A stretch of DNA of 64,000 bases from Oculina patagonica (GCF_052425735.1 NC_135766.1:25172001-25236000), one strand, 5' to 3'; shown: positions 1 through 13,269, counted from the first letter of the stretch. Program-made: numbers and translations. Notes: a model not told the origin generated them from the sequence alone.

Positions 1-544
1 TGTAGTGTTTGTATGTGGTTGGGGACCACTTGACAAAGTGTCCACTTAGAGGAGGTGTTTGTATGTGGCTGGGAACGATGAAAAGGTGTCTTCTTATGGG
101 AGGAGGGTCTATAAAATTGTCAAGAAGGATCAGGAGGGACTATTAAATTGTCAAACACTTTTATCTTGACCCTCTGCCTCGGGAGATTGGGAGACCACTT
201 CCTGTGTATTTGACACATAACCTTCACCTTTACCTCCACCCGTGGGAGGTGTGTGTTAGGAGGGATCAACAGTATTTCTACTCTTGATGCCACTGAAAGC
301 TGTCAGACACGTCGCTAAGCAACAAAAGAAATCCTTATGTTACAACATTTTTTTTGACGGTTTTATTTTCAATGTTGTTACAAATATCGTGTAATACCTA
401 TACTACTGTTACATTTTCAATATTACATCAATACCAGTACCAATACAAATTACAGTCCTATATGTATTACAAGTTTATCATAATTAATAATTGTTACAAG
501 TAAATTACAAATTCTGATTGCAAACAACTAATGAATTAATGCCA

Positions 545-870
545 GTAGACAATCTAAGGTCTACTGGCATGCCCTTATTGGACCATCCCAAGGGAAAGAT
601 GCTGTCAACATTGGGAGCTAGATCATTTTCAGTAGCAGCCCCGTAACTCTGGAATGGCCTACCTGTGGAGCTTCGTCAAGCAACATCACTTGACTGTTTT
701 AAATCTCGACTTAAAACTTATCTCTTTAAGAAGTACTTTTATAATTTATAACTTTATTTTATTTTCATGGTGATGTAATTTTTAATTTTCTCTTAAATAT
801 GCAAAGCGCTATTGATCAGAATATGGAAATATGCGCTATATAAATTAGCAAATTATTATTATTATTATTA
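545..870 (+). mobile_element. 3' fragment of L2/CR1-type LINE
   Basis: Decayed ORF2 end (GARSFSVAAP*LWNGLPVELRQATSLDCFKSRLKTYLFK), followed by a 3' UTR ending in (ATT)n tail. Confidence 0.7.
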
Positions 871-879
871 ACAAAAAAA

Positions 880-1130
880 GAAACCCGTCACACGAAAACA
901 CACAAACACAATAGGTACATAGATATATATATTTATCTATCTATATAAAGAGAACAAGGCTAAACAATACCAATATCTATAGAAATTTAGCAAGAATTGC
1001 TTCCCATCTTTTCCTGAAACTTGCAAACGTCCCATTTTTGTTTGCTATATACTTCTCGGTTTCAAACTTATTTTTTAACTTTTCTAAGAAGTTTTCTGAG
1101 AATTATAAGATAGTTTATAATATCGGTCAA
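880..1130 (-). mobile_element. 3' fragment of L1/Tx1-type LINE
   Basis: Minus strand reads KNKFETEKYIANKNGTFASFRKRWEAI, resembling the Tx1/L1 ORF2 C-terminus. Confidence 0.45.
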
Positions 1131-1169
1131 TTTAAATAAAACCTTATGTTACAACATGCTTTCACATAC

Positions 1170-4100
1170 CTTTTAAGTGGATGAGATTTGAAACACGGCT
1201 TGACAGCCCCTGTTAGTATACTTGAAGTTGGACACACCTGACAGTGAAAGAAATTAACGTATGTTAATAAATTGTATAGCGCGTTTTCACTTAATGAGTG
1301 TCAAAAGTAATTCGCATTTGCACTGGTTTTGTGAACTTTGCCAACTGCAGGTTAAAAGAGAAACTCGCGCCACTTTCTAAACCAGTCACAAGTAAAACCA
1401 AAACCAATCCTGACTTGCTCATGCACGTTTTCCTGTGTTTTGCGCTAGCTACAATATTTGCATCAAGTTTTTAAAAACTAAATTGTTTGTGTCGTGATTA
1501 TTGGCCAGAGTACGTACTTGGGTTTTGGTTTTATGACACTCAATGATATTGAAAACTTCTCTTACTGATAATCATGAAATAGTAATAATAACGGTTCAAT
1601 AGCAGTTTTTCCACAAAGGGGTAAATCTTCAACTGCTAACTAACTAAAATAAAAACAAGTGAGCCAGAAAATTAACAAAAATGTGAAGCCAACGAAAGAT
1701 AAAGTCAGCAATTATGAAATTTGCATATTCAATGCTAACAGCCATTTAGTGTACTTCAATTTGCTCACCTCCAGGTGAATCCCCTCATCGATCACTCTCT
1801 TGTAGAGTGCAATGTCTTCCAGCACATGGTATCCATGACCTATTCTCTCAGCGTGAAGAATATCTAATGCCTGAAAACAATCACAATGAATCTTTGAGTC
1901 ACATGTGCTGTGAAAATTGTGCGGTTCAGAAGGAAGGCCATTGGAATTTGGAGGAGAGACGAGGTTTTAAAATCTAAAGTTTTTTGAAGAAGCAAAACCA
2001 GAATTTCCAGTGAGATTGGAGGAAGGGGGGGGGAGGGGTAGGTTTAACCAAAAGTCTTACCATGGGAGAGATATGTATACTTCCTGGGGAGAAGGGGATA
2101 GCCTGCAAGGGACAAGCATCTCAATGTAGCGTGAGAAGCGATACTCTTGACTTAGTTGAACCATTATTATAACACGACTCAAACTTGAAATCAGCTGCTG
2201 CACTGAGTGGTGAGCCACCTAGTTGATCCTTTTTTTTTATTCTCATCACCTATCTGCTTAACAATGTATTGACAATGTAAGGAGAAAATAGATTTTAACT
2301 TCTTACTTCTTTTACACTGGCAGCTGGAGCAGCCTCCCCAGCATGAACTGTTCTGTGTATGTTCAGTCTTCTGGCTTCCTACAACAAGACAACATCATCT
2401 GCATTCTTATTACAACACACTAGATTTTGAGACAGCATCACACAACATTGGGTACCAAAGGTTCACAAATGTCTGATCGTCTGTTTGATCATTCCAAGTT
2501 GTCCATTTGACCATTTTCAGACCATCTGACTGACTGACTGACTGACTGACTGACTGACTGACTGACTGACTGACTGACTGACTGACTGACTGACTGACCA
2601 TAAGAGACTTGGGATCACTATAATATTAGTAAATTAAGTCACCTGAAGAGTGTTAACTATTTTTCTCAAAATGTTCCAAAGAAACAAAATTATTACACAA
2701 ACTGCTAAAGAGATGGAACCAAACCTTAAAAGCAAAAACATGTCCTTTCATGGCTGGAATCTCGCCAAGCGATTCATCACCTGCGAGATCAATTCCGACA
2801 ACTCCATCATTTGCAAACTCCTGACAGAGGGAAAGGATTTCTAATGACCAATCTAAGGAAAAGAGAATACAAATTAATTACAGATGTGATGTGACCAGTA
2901 TCTTGTGGAAGGGGACAGGGGGTGGGAGTCCCAGAGTATAGGGGTGGGAGGGGTAGAGGAGGTGGGAGAAATGAGGGGGAGGAGTGGGATATCCAAGGTG
3001 GCTGGAACTGGGAGAAATTGAGAAAAATTTTGCAACATTTCATAATATTTTGCAATAGAAAAAGCACAAAGAGGCAGGTACCACTAATGAAAGGAGTGAA
3101 AGTTCACCTGAATGCAATCTGTTTTAATCTTCTTGAATTTTGCCCAGCCATGCCCCTTTTTGGCCTTTTCATGTTGTTTTTTTAGTTCTTCTACAGTTTT
3201 AAGCCATTATTGTGATATTTCAGTTAATTCTATGATCAACCAGTTGGTCAGAGCCGAAATTGTCTAAAATTGTGTAACATAGCCCCTTTAACGGGAAAGG
3301 CAGCACTTCACCACAGAATTAATACATGCTGGAACGCTGGTGGATGCTGGGTCTTATTGGCAGCCCTAACCTTCTTTCAAGAATAAAGTAAAACATTTTT
3401 TTACCAGGTGCGTGTCTCATACAGCAGAGAATGGAACGTGCTATAACTCCAAAATCGCGCTCTCCTTTTTTAAGACCTCTATTCACAGCTTCTACTATAT
3501 CTCTTGGTGAAACGCCATTTTCCTCCAGTTGATCGGCATCTGTTGTACATAGCAAGTGAGGGCTGTAACGAACTTCAAAGTACATTACACCTGAAGATGA
3601 CTGGTCCTCACAAAATTCATAAGCAATTCTTTCAACTGCTGCAGTATCATCACTGAAAACAAATGATAATTGTAATAAATGATACAGAAAAGCACACTTT
3701 AAAATCTAGGTGCCACTTATAGAGGAAATATATCTTGCCATGATTTGCAATGACTTGAACTGAACAGTGAGCTTTAACCTATATCTCAGTTGCTATAGGC
3801 ATATATAGTTGGTCTCCTCCACAAACTATGCTATAGGCAACTGTATGACCCACAATGCTATACCTGCCAACTCTCACGCCTGCGAGTTGAAAACTTCGAT
3901 CTCACGCCAACTCATGCTTACGAACCAAACCACAAACGACACACTTTCCAAAATATGTAAACTCAAACCATTGTAAGAAAAGAAAACTCCATGTAAAATG
4001 AGTAAATGGCAATACTTTCCCCGAAATCTCAGAGTTTTGACAAAAAAGCGTTGGAATGAGGTTGTGTTTAAAAAACATGTCCATGCACTGAGATCAGGAT

Positions 4101-7100
4101 ATGTTCGGAACTTCTTCGGAATACTTTGGACATTATTGTATTGTCTTCGGAAATCCTGGCACTCTCAGGATAAAAATCTCACGCCTTTGATCCAGAAAAA
4201 GTTGGCAGTGGGATCGAAGGTTATCAGTGAGAAAATGTCTGTTATGTAAAGGCCTAGCTAGCAAAAACAGTCGCCTCTCATTGCTTCCTGACTACTTTGT
4301 GCATGACGTGAAATGACGTGATGTAAATCTGTCCGAATCTGGTCATGAACCCTGATTGATCAGTTATATATATATATATAGTAGTTTATTTACATAATGT
4401 TAATTCATAATTTATAATCATTACACGAACAGGAAAAAACAGATGTTTTTGCGGACTTAAAGTTGACCTGAAGAAAGATGGTAAATGATGATAAATTGTA
4501 TTACTAAATTCAATTTTAGTACTTACACAATAACAGGTAAGAAAATATGGAAACATCCTAAAAAGCCTCTCAGAGATAATGGTTTATCCAAACTGACAGA
4601 CACAAGATCTTGTAAATGTTCCTCATCATAAGCAGGTAACTTGAAGTGTTTCTTCCTGCAATTAAAAAGTTTAACCACAGCTGGTATCTCACAAGATAAT
4701 CTAGCAATTACTGACAAAACCCTTATTAAGTGGGCACATTTGGGGAAATGGTAAGCGACTGCTTAATAGGAGTTAGTCAGAAATTAGCAAAGGGCGTGTT
4801 TGAAACCACTTAATAGAGGTAGTTGCTAAATAAGGGTTTTATTTTATTTAAAGTATTAAAACCAGCCATAATTTTGCGTCTTCGATTTATAGGGGCGGCT
4901 GGTGGCTGCTTAACAGGGGTGTGACTGTAAAGTCAATCAAGCCTCAAAGGTTTTTAGATAAAAACATGGGTCTTGTAAACATTGACAAAACACATTCAAA
5001 AGAGCTAGGGGTGCTTTATATTAGAAAGGGGACAGTCTTATGGGAAAGTAAAAAAGTAAAGTCTGCTTCGAGCCTAGTGGCCCATACAGGCCGGAGCTTA
5101 TCCCGATTTCCGTAGCATTAAGCGACTAGGAGTATTGCTACTCCCCCCTGGATGGGATGCTAGTTCATCGCAGGGTCACCCCCCAGCAGTAAATTCGCCG
5201 ATACCCATTTATACACCTGGGTGGAGAATGGCACTGTGAGAGCAAAGTGTCTTGCCCAAGAACACAACGCAGCGCCCCGGCCAGGCCTCGAACCCAGGCC
5301 ATTCGACTCGGAGGCGAGTGCGCTAACCATTAGGCCACCGCGCCTCCCGCAGTCTTATGGGAAGGAGAGCCCTAAATTTATCAATCATGATGGAACCTAC
5401 AATCATGGAAACACTGGGAACTATATTAAATGAGTAACTTCAATGATAGATTTGGCAAAAGTAGCATTTGTCCCCCCCCCCCCAATCAAGTATTGGTATT
5501 CATACTTGGCCAAGTCAATAATGGTCTGTATCCTCACAGCACCATCAAGGTGAACATGAAGCTCTACCTGGAAATTAAGAATAAAATTATAAGAAAAAAT
5601 GCAGACAAATGTAGTAAAGAATTAATAATAACAATAATTCATCCGTCTGGCTCCTGAGTCTTGATTAATATTTTAACTAGGGGTGTCAAATGTATAATGC
5701 AACACTTTATGAGACTGATATCTTTTCTGGGAGCCCGAGACCTTTTCAGCCTTGCAAAAGAAATGGAGCCTCCAAGAAGGCGTTAAATTTATTTATTTTG
5801 CCACACAAACAAAAAATATAATTATGAAAAAAATAGATAATACAAAATCAATATACAAGATAATAATTGATACACAGGACTACAATATAATATAAAATTA
5901 GAAACAAAATGGCGAGGGAACCTAATAAAAAACCACGGGGCTTGTAAGCTTAGGTTCCCTCACAAGAAAAACAGATGACTAGTTAAGGTACTGAAGTAAT
6001 GACAAGATTTGATAGAAGACGGAGTTAATAGTTATCAATAATATATGTTTTAAGTTTTCTTTTAAAAGATGCCAGTGATGAAGAGCTTGAAATTTCAGGT
6101 GGAAGTGGATTAAAAAATTTAGGACCTTGAAAAGAAAAAAGAAAAATTAAAGAAAAATTTGAGATGACAGACCCCTGAAATTTGGCTAAAATTTTGTGAG
6201 ACACATTTTTCCAGGGACCATTCACCACCCCTTTAACTATTATATTATCAGTAGGCATATACCACACCTGTAGGCTTTTGTACATATACCACATGGGGTG
6301 CTCGTTGGGCTGTAAGGGGCCAGGGATGGACACTCTTGGATTTGACTTATGCATAATATTAAAATAATATTAAAAAGTGTGTGCACGTGGAGGGGGAGTA
6401 CTTCCCATGTTCCCTTTCCATACCTTTTACTCTCATTTTACACCTTTTTTTCTGTGCTATTTATTTTGCAAAATAATACAAAATTTTATGACATTTTCCT
6501 AATTTTTATTGGTTTTTGCCACCTTGGGAATAATTCCACCTCCTGCCCTCTCTTCTTAAGGAGACTAAAGCTAATTATTATAAAACCAATATTGACTCAA
6601 ACTCTGGCAACCCTCGTGCAATCTGGAAAACATTAAATGAATTAATGGGTCGTAATGCCAAAAGCAGCGGTATTAATAGCATTAAGATTGATAGTGTTGC
6701 AGTCACCGACTCTCAACAAATTTGTGAGCTAATGAACTCTCATTTCACTTCTGTTGGAACTAAGCTTGTTTCATCGTTGTCCAACTCTGATTATAGCTTT
6801 GTTGACTATCTAAAGTCAGTTGACTGTGATTTTAAATTAAAGTCCATTACAGCTAAGTGCGTTTTCGACCTAATAAACAAATTAGATGTTGCCAAGGCAA
6901 CTGGATTAGATGGCATAACAAGTAAATTATTAAAGGAGGCTGCTCCTGTAATATCGCATTCTTTATGCTTAATTTTCAATGCTTCTATAACGAGTGGTAT
7001 CTTCCCTGATCAGTGGAAGTATGCTAAAGTCTCCCCAATACATAAGAAAGATAACACTGATGATCTCAACAATTATAGACCTATATCGGTCATTTCTGTT

Positions 7101-9093
7101 ATTGCTAAGCTTTTTGAAAGAATCATCTATAATCAGCTACCGGTATATGACTACCTTAAGGTAAATTCCCTTTTATCAAATTGCCAGTCTGGGTTTCGTT
7201 CCCTGTATTCTACTCTTACTTCGTTATTAGATGCTACTAATGAATGGTTCTTCTGATCAATATTGACAATGGTCTCTTAAACTCTGTTGTCTTTCTTGAT
7301 TTAGCCAAGGCATTTGACACAGTTGACCACAGCATTTTGCTTGCCAAATTAGAGATGTATGGTATCTCTGGAACAGCACATCAATGGTTTCATTCATATC
7401 TTTCTAATCGCAAGCAAAAATGCTACTTAAATGGCTGTCTATCAGAGTTCTCAGATATCCCTTGTGGTGTTCCTCAAGGATCTATCCTCGGCCCTCTGTT
7501 GTTTTTATTATACATCAATGATTTACCCAAATGCTTAAATTTCTCAGCCCCAAGAATGTTTGCAGATGACACTAATTTAACCATTTCTGGTAAAAATTAT
7601 TTTGAATTACAGAATGGTACAAATCATGATTTGGAAAATATTAGACAGTGGCTCTTAGCAAACAAACTGAGTTTAAACACCACTAAAACAGAATTTTTAA
7701 TTATTGGCTCTAATTACAATCTTGCCAACCTAGGCTATTCTCCTGAGATCAGGTTAGGTGATACAAGTATAAAACGTGTCTACTCTGCTAAATCTCTTGG
7801 TGTTTATATCGATGATCGTTTATCATGGTCCACTCATATTAACCATGTGGCAAAAAAGGTCTCATCTGCAATCAGGGGCTTGAGACAAATAAGGCAATTC
7901 GTTAATGATGATACTCTTATAACTATTTATAATTCCCTTATCCAGCCATCTTTTGACTATTGTGATTTGGTATGGGATAATTTATCTAAAGGTCTAGCAA
8001 CCAGATTACAAAAATTACAGAATAGGGCTGGTAGGGTTATTTTAAGGGCTACCTATGATGTAAGCTCAAAGGATGTTTTAAAGGAACTTGGGTGGTCTGA
8101 TCTAAAAACCCGAAGAGCTAAGCATAAGGCCACTCAAATGTTTAAAATTTCTACTGGTGAAGCCCCATCCTATTTAACTGACAGATTTTGCAAAGTCGAG
8201 GCAAGAAATCCTTACAACATTAGGAACAGTGAATTAAATATTAATTTACCATTACCGAAAACTGATTTTTTAAAAAAAAGTTTTCTTTATGCTGGTCCTA
8301 AATTGTGGAATTCCTTGCCTAATTCAATTAAGTCAGCTAAATCTCTTGCAGCCTTTAAAAGAGGACTGGAAGATATTGACTTTGATATGTTACTATCTTC
8401 TTATTGATAGCTTGTCCCACTCTAATATTTATGTGTTATTTAACTCTATTTAAATTTTTAAATCTCACTCGGCTTTCATGAAAACCAATGTAATTGATGG
8501 AATTCCGAGGTTAAATAAAGTATCACTCACTCACTCACTCTTGCATCCCTACTCTGCACCCCTATTTTCCCAGGCTCCCCCCCCCCACCCAGTACTTTTC
8601 AATAGTCTCCATTATCAGGATTACAAACCTGAACTTACTTGTTATTCAAATTAGCCAACCATTAAACAAAATAATACTTTGTGATCTCTAGTGCACATTA
8701 ACAACAACACTCCGCTATTAATTTATAGATGTTTCGCCTTATCTCGGCACCAGAACATTAACTGGCGTAATTTATTCTGAGAAACATGAGATTTTAGAGT
8801 TACGTGCGTGTCACGTCGCCAATATCTTTGCTTTTGTTTATAGAGTAAAACGATATTTTATGGTTTACAGATTGCTCACATAAACATATAGGCAAGCTTA
8901 ATACTACGACTTACTCGTCTTAGTGAGTGAGGAAGGTTTCTTGTACTAGAATCAGAGTTAAAAAACAAATAATTCGACTGAAATCACATGCAAAGACTGT
9001 TCAAAGACAGCTCAGCTAATTCGCCGGCAACATGGAAAATCAAGGTCACACAAAATACGCACTTACTTTTGACTTAGGTACTTTTAGCGCCAT
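1170..9093 (-). CDS. ADA: Adenosine deaminase, multi-exon; 3' exons lie left of the window
   Basis: GT-AG bounded, phase-compatible exons: 9067-9093 (MALKVPKSK), 5506-5567 (VELHVHLDG), 4527-4655, 3405-3652 (YFEVRYSPH...ARSILCCMRH), 2725-2852 (GIDLAGDE), 2307-2378 (HRTVHAGE), 1769-1870 (ERIGHGYH), 1170-1237 (VCPTSS). The motifs are the hallmark ADA zinc/catalytic motifs. The first exon is less certain. Confidence 0.95.
2526..2598 (+). repeat. (CTGA)n microsatellite in ADA intron
   Basis: About 18 perfect tetranucleotide units. Confidence 0.95.
5047..5349 (-). mobile_element. tRNA-derived SINE with 14-bp TSD
   Basis: Minus-strand head has A box (TGGCCTAATGG) and B box (GGTTCGAGGCC). Flanked by direct repeat CAGTCTTATGGGAA at 5033-5046 and 5350-5363. 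Confidence 0.85.
5785..6135 (-). mobile_element. 3' fragment of CR1/L2-type LINE
   Basis: FSFQGPKFFNPLPPEISSSSSLASFKRKLKTYII ORF2 end, plus (TAAA)n tail. Confidence 0.65.
6575..8540 (+). mobile_element. 5'-truncated CR1/L2-clade LINE (RT) in ADA intron 1, frameshifted near 7250
   Basis: ORFs 6645-7256 and 7244-8407 carry NYRPIS, QSGFR, FLDLAKAFDTVDH, GVPQGSILGP and FADD motifs. Ends with AATAAA and (TCAC)n tail. Confidence 0.93.
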
Positions 9094-9943
9094 CACTCTC
9101 CACCATACAGATCTTTCTAACTACAAAGAACTACTGTTCCAATGTATAAATTTGTCATTTTCCGGCTTATTACTGCAAAACTTCGATCGGCACCACAGAG
9201 GTTGGCCAAGGTCAGTTGTCGTACCCAGCGCCCACTCGTACTTTGTTCCACTGGCCTGGAGGGGGAGGGGTGGTGGGCGTGATTAGGGCTGGGGTGGGGG
9301 TTGGGGGTACACTTAGTGTACACTGGGAATGCGAATCTTTTAGCCGAATGGAACAAGAAGTTCATGAGGCAAAACGATATTGAAATATTTCATTTTTAAT
9401 ATTTATGAGTCATTTGTAAATAATTGTATATATTTTATAACTTTTTGCTCATTTTTAAATAAATTTTAATCAATATCTAAACCTTTCACTCATAGTAGCT
9501 AATAGTACTTACGTTTCCTCATTCATGCGTCCGCAAATATTTTAAAGTTTGAAGAATATTTTTTCTTTGTGGCTCACCTGTAAACTAGCTGGTGTGTTCC
9601 CCGAACTTTGCTGGTTATATCTGCGGGGCGCATCGAAATCATAGCTAAGTGTAATGATCACATTAAACGTTGTATTGTATTGTATTGCAGTTGTATGATT
9701 GTATGATGGCCCGAACCACCGTGGTTTTTCAATGTCACAAAATGTGTATCTGGTTAAATTTTAAGTTGCTAATTTTCTTGCAAAAGTTGTTAAAATTCCT
9801 TGTACACAGCTGGAGTCGTTTATTTAAAAAACAAATCCATTAAATTCCGAGAAATCAAACTCTAAATACCCTACAACAAAGAATTAAAGTGAAAGTGACC
9901 TGATATAGCGGAAGCTCCGGTGACTGAACCGTGTCACCGGAAG

Positions 9944-11293
9944 TCATAAACTTTTCTGTTTCTCCTCTGACTGTTGCTCTTGCAAAGAAGCAGCAATGTT
10001 AGCCATTGCCATCCAGTCCCCATAAGACATAGAAGGAGTTTCCACAACATGTGGGATGAATTTCTGAACTCGATCCAGAATAGGATGCGCGATATCTGTA
10101 CCTTCAACAAGTCCTAGCTTGTCCTTTTGGTAATAGAGGGGCGTTCCTCGGAGCAACATCAACGGGAAGGCTACCAGCGATCCATCCGTTTTCTCCTGGA
10201 TCTTTTGAATGGTTTGTTGAAAGCTCGTCACGGTCTGCAAAGGCAGGCCAAAAATAAGACTGATTTCGTGTTTGATCTTGCGCTGATGAACAAGCGCCAA
10301 CTTTTCTATAACTTTCTTAGCTAAGCTGTGCGGATTGGCGTTTCTGACGCGTTCGATGTACAACAGTTCCATTGCGTCCAATGTTTGCACGCCAAATTCC
10401 AAAACTACTTCAGCTCCTGTGGTTCTGCTCAGCGATTCTACTTGATCTAAAAATGCAGGGGTGACCCTCTCAGGACGGCACTGCAGACTAATTTTCCCTG
10501 AAAATCTAAGCCGCTCTAATAAATCAAGCACCATGTATCCGTTCGTTGTATTGAACGTCGGATCCAATACAGCCAAGTCTCTGACGTGATTATCAACAAA
10601 CCATTCAATCTCCGATATTATACGATCTTTCTGTGAGTGCTGAATTTTTGTCCAGCTTTTATTTTGAGACGATGAAGAGGCTGGGTCTCTATGTTGGCAA
10701 AATGAGCAACTGTATGGACAGCCTCGAGTTGTCTCCCACCTCATGAAGTACTGAGGTTGGAGGGTGCCATCCAAGAAAGGGGAAGCGAGCTCGGACAGTG
10801 TGGTAGAAGTGTGAAGACCCTTGTCTTGGGAGTTCGCTAAGTGGACTCCTAGGATATCTTCCTTTCCTTCTGCTAATTCTGACACAGCGTGTTCTGCATA
10901 CCCACGGATGAACACATCTACTTCTGGATAGTATTTCTCTAACTGGCCTTTCTCGATGTACGAGACCTGAGGACCTGCCATAACAACTCGACCACGATAA
11001 TTGTACTTTTTCAGCTCCTTAAGGATTGTCTTGAGAAAAGGCTCGTTCCAGACAAAGCCACCAAACATGAGATCATATTTCGAGTCGTTGTACTGTCTCC
11101 AAATGGTATCAAGGATGTTTCTTGCTAACGAATACACCTGCGTTTCTTCTGCAATGTTATAACTATGAGCATTGTATTCGATTTTCTTCTGCTTTAAATG
11201 ACTCACAATACTCGCTACTCCAAGCGATAGTCTTGGATCTTTCGGTCGAATATGATCCAGACTAATCAAAATTGGAATTTTGGATCGTAGCAT
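9944..11293 (-). CDS. Cobalamin(B12)-binding-domain radical SAM protein, intronless, 449 aa
   Basis: CxxxCxxC cluster motif (ETTRGCPYSCSFC). N-terminal B12-binding-like segment (SLGVASIVSHLK...FVWN...VVMAGPQVS). Downstream DPTFN, EFGVQT, LIFGLPLQT and LMLLRGTPLY motifs typical of class B radical SAM enzymes. Confidence 0.88.
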   Translation of the reverse strand: MLRSKIPILISLDHIRPKDPRLSLGVASIVSHLKQKKIEYNAHSYNIAEETQVYSLARNILDTIWRQYNDSKYDLMFGGFVWNEPFLKTILKELKKYNYRGRVVMAGPQVSYIEKGQLEKYYPEVDVFIRGYAEHAVSELAEGKEDILGVHLANSQDKGLHTSTTLSELASPFLDGTLQPQYFMRWETTRGCPYSCSFCQHRDPASSSSQNKSWTKIQHSQKDRIISEIEWFVDNHVRDLAVLDPTFNTTNGYMVLDLLERLRFSGKISLQCRPERVTPAFLDQVESLSRTTGAEVVLEFGVQTLDAMELLYIERVRNANPHSLAKKVIEKLALVHQRKIKHEISLIFGLPLQTVTSFQQTIQKIQEKTDGSLVAFPLMLLRGTPLYYQKDKLGLVEGTDIAHPILDRVQKFIPHVVETPSMSYGDWMAMANIAASLQEQQSEEKQKSL

Positions 11294-11304
11294 TTTGATT
11301 TTGT

Positions 11305-11420
11305 TTTCCTTGAAACGAAATGAACTTTTATAGTACCAAGAAAACTGTTTATTTTTATGGCGTCATATAAACTCGTTTCTCGGAAAAAGCGGAAGTCACG
11401 TGCTGCAGGCAACTTTTCCC
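11305..11420 (-). promoter_or_regulatory. Putative proximal promoter of radical SAM gene
   Basis: GAAACGAAA (IRF-like, ~11312-11320), TTCTCGGAA (GAS-like, 11377-11385), CGGAAGT (ETS-like, 11390-11396), CACGTG (11397-11402). The block is largely conserved upstream of the paralog. Confidence 0.4.
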
Positions 11421-11544
11421 ATGCCCGTCTCCGAGGAGTTCTCCAAGGTCCACCAACCTCGTCCCCAGGATTTCAAAATCATCGCGGAGAATACCATGAT
11501 ATTACTTCTCCGATCCACCCCCTTACCCCAATGTGCAGTTCAAA

Positions 11545-12860
11545 TAGTATGAACCAGCAGGAGACTCGACTCGAACATATGCAGCGAACAAAACCAAGAG
11601 AAAATAAGGGTTGACAAAACTGAATGTTGTCTTTGACTGAGACGCGGTCAGCTGGATGTTTCTTGAGTATACTGGTTTGTTGGACAGTTAAGGTCAGGTT
11701 AGATTTCCTTATCAGTTTCTAATTTGTTACTCCAAGTGCAAATTGTGGCTGGCATCGTAGGCACGAGAGTCCATTATATATAGTGAAAACTTTTTGCAGC
11801 TTTCTATAGTTGGTGCCAGTATTGCGGCGCGTGTACGAAACTCAGTGAAAACCCGACGCTTATTGTAATTTCTGTCAGTCTTATTGCTCATGAACAGAAG
11901 GCAAAATTGATGATATTATTTTCACTGTATTTTCCCCTTGCCAGCTAGCTTCAGAGAGTAACGCAACCTGAAGGTGTGTTGGCAAGATTGTACCTTTAAA
12001 TCGAGGCATGTACTTAAACCCGAAACAACGAAACGAAACCACTGAAACTAAACCGCTGAAACAACCGAAACGGCCCAAACGAGCGAAATGAAACAAAATT
12101 AATCACCGAAGCAAGCAAACCTTTACCCTTTGGATCGATAATCAATACCGGAATTTTAATTTAAATCGTAACCTTCATCATTCTGTGTTCCTTGAAGCGA
12201 ATCGTTTATCAGTGTCATGTGTTTCTCGGAAAAAATGGAAGCGTTTTAAAACCGCGATCTCGTCCCCGGTCCGGTGGTTTGTGGCTTGGATAAATACTGA
12301 TAGGTAACTCGTTTAGTAAAGTAAAGAAGGAGGTAGTATGCCTACCTTCTCTTGTTGTTCTATCGTCGCTCAACGCATTAATTAATTATTATAACTGAAT
12401 AGCAGATCGATAGAGTAAAACTTGGCCCGGTATGAAATTTTCAATACTCTTTCAGTTACATTATAGGAAACGTGGGCACTTTCTTTTCCCCAGCCCCACC
12501 ATGTCTCCCCTACCCCCACCAGCACCAGCACCACCACCATCCCCATGTGAGTTAAGTACGTAGTATAAACCAGCAGGAGACTCGACTAGAACATATGCAG
12601 CAAACAAACTGAATGGTGTCTTTGAAGACGCGGTCGGCTGGATGTTTCTGAAGTATACTGGGTTTGTCGGACAGTTAAAGTCAGGTTAGATTTCCTTATC
12701 AGTTTCTAATTTGTCACTTCAAGTGTAAATTATAGCTGACACGCGAGAGTCTATTACAATGAAATATTGTTGGAGCTTGTTCCAATTGTAAGCTAAGTTA
12801 CGTTTCAATAAGTTCAGGAGTTAAGGCCACTGTAGCGACGTGTGTACGTAACTCATTGAG
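11545..12860. repeat. Diverged ~1 kb-spaced direct duplication upstream of radical SAM gene
   Basis: 11548-11750 matches 12563-12740 (ccagcaggagactcgact...gtcaggttagatttccttatcagtttctaatttg). A relic of the promoter block also occurs at 12180-12243. Confidence 0.8.
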
Positions 12861-13269
12861 GGGCCCTTTTAGGATTAGATTCCGACAGGCGACACGGCTC
12901 TGAAACGGCGACATGAAAGAACTGAAATGACGACGAACGACAAGAAAGCTGTCGTGAAATTACGACAGCGACGAACTGAGATATAAGCAAATTAAAGTGG
13001 ACGGCGACATTGACTCTTTTTTTAATTAGACATGATTGAATGGTATTGTCTTGTTAAGACATTTTGCAACGAAAAATCGCAATCAAGTTTTCCCGGAAAA
13101 CACGCATAGAATCGGATGTGCAGTTTCAAGGTACCAAAGTTTGGGTTTGTTTCAAGTTTTGCAATTTCAAATCACTGGAGCATTTATTAACTATCAATGT
13201 AGCGTATTATTTATTCATAAATATAAAGAAAAAGAATATTCCAGAATATTAGAAGAGAAGAATACTTAA

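Noticed and set aside
2410-2601. 63-aa ORF of SQSV repeats
   Set aside because: Translation of the (CTGA)n microsatellite.
9944-11293. Call as viperin/RSAD2, ELP3 or CDK5RAP1
   Set aside because: Lacks their family motifs and domain layout; the N-terminal region fits a B12-binding domain.
12020-12095. GAAAC-rich tract as an IRF super-enhancer
   Set aside because: Looks like the low-complexity subterminal repeats of an interspersed element; cannot be distinguished from chance.
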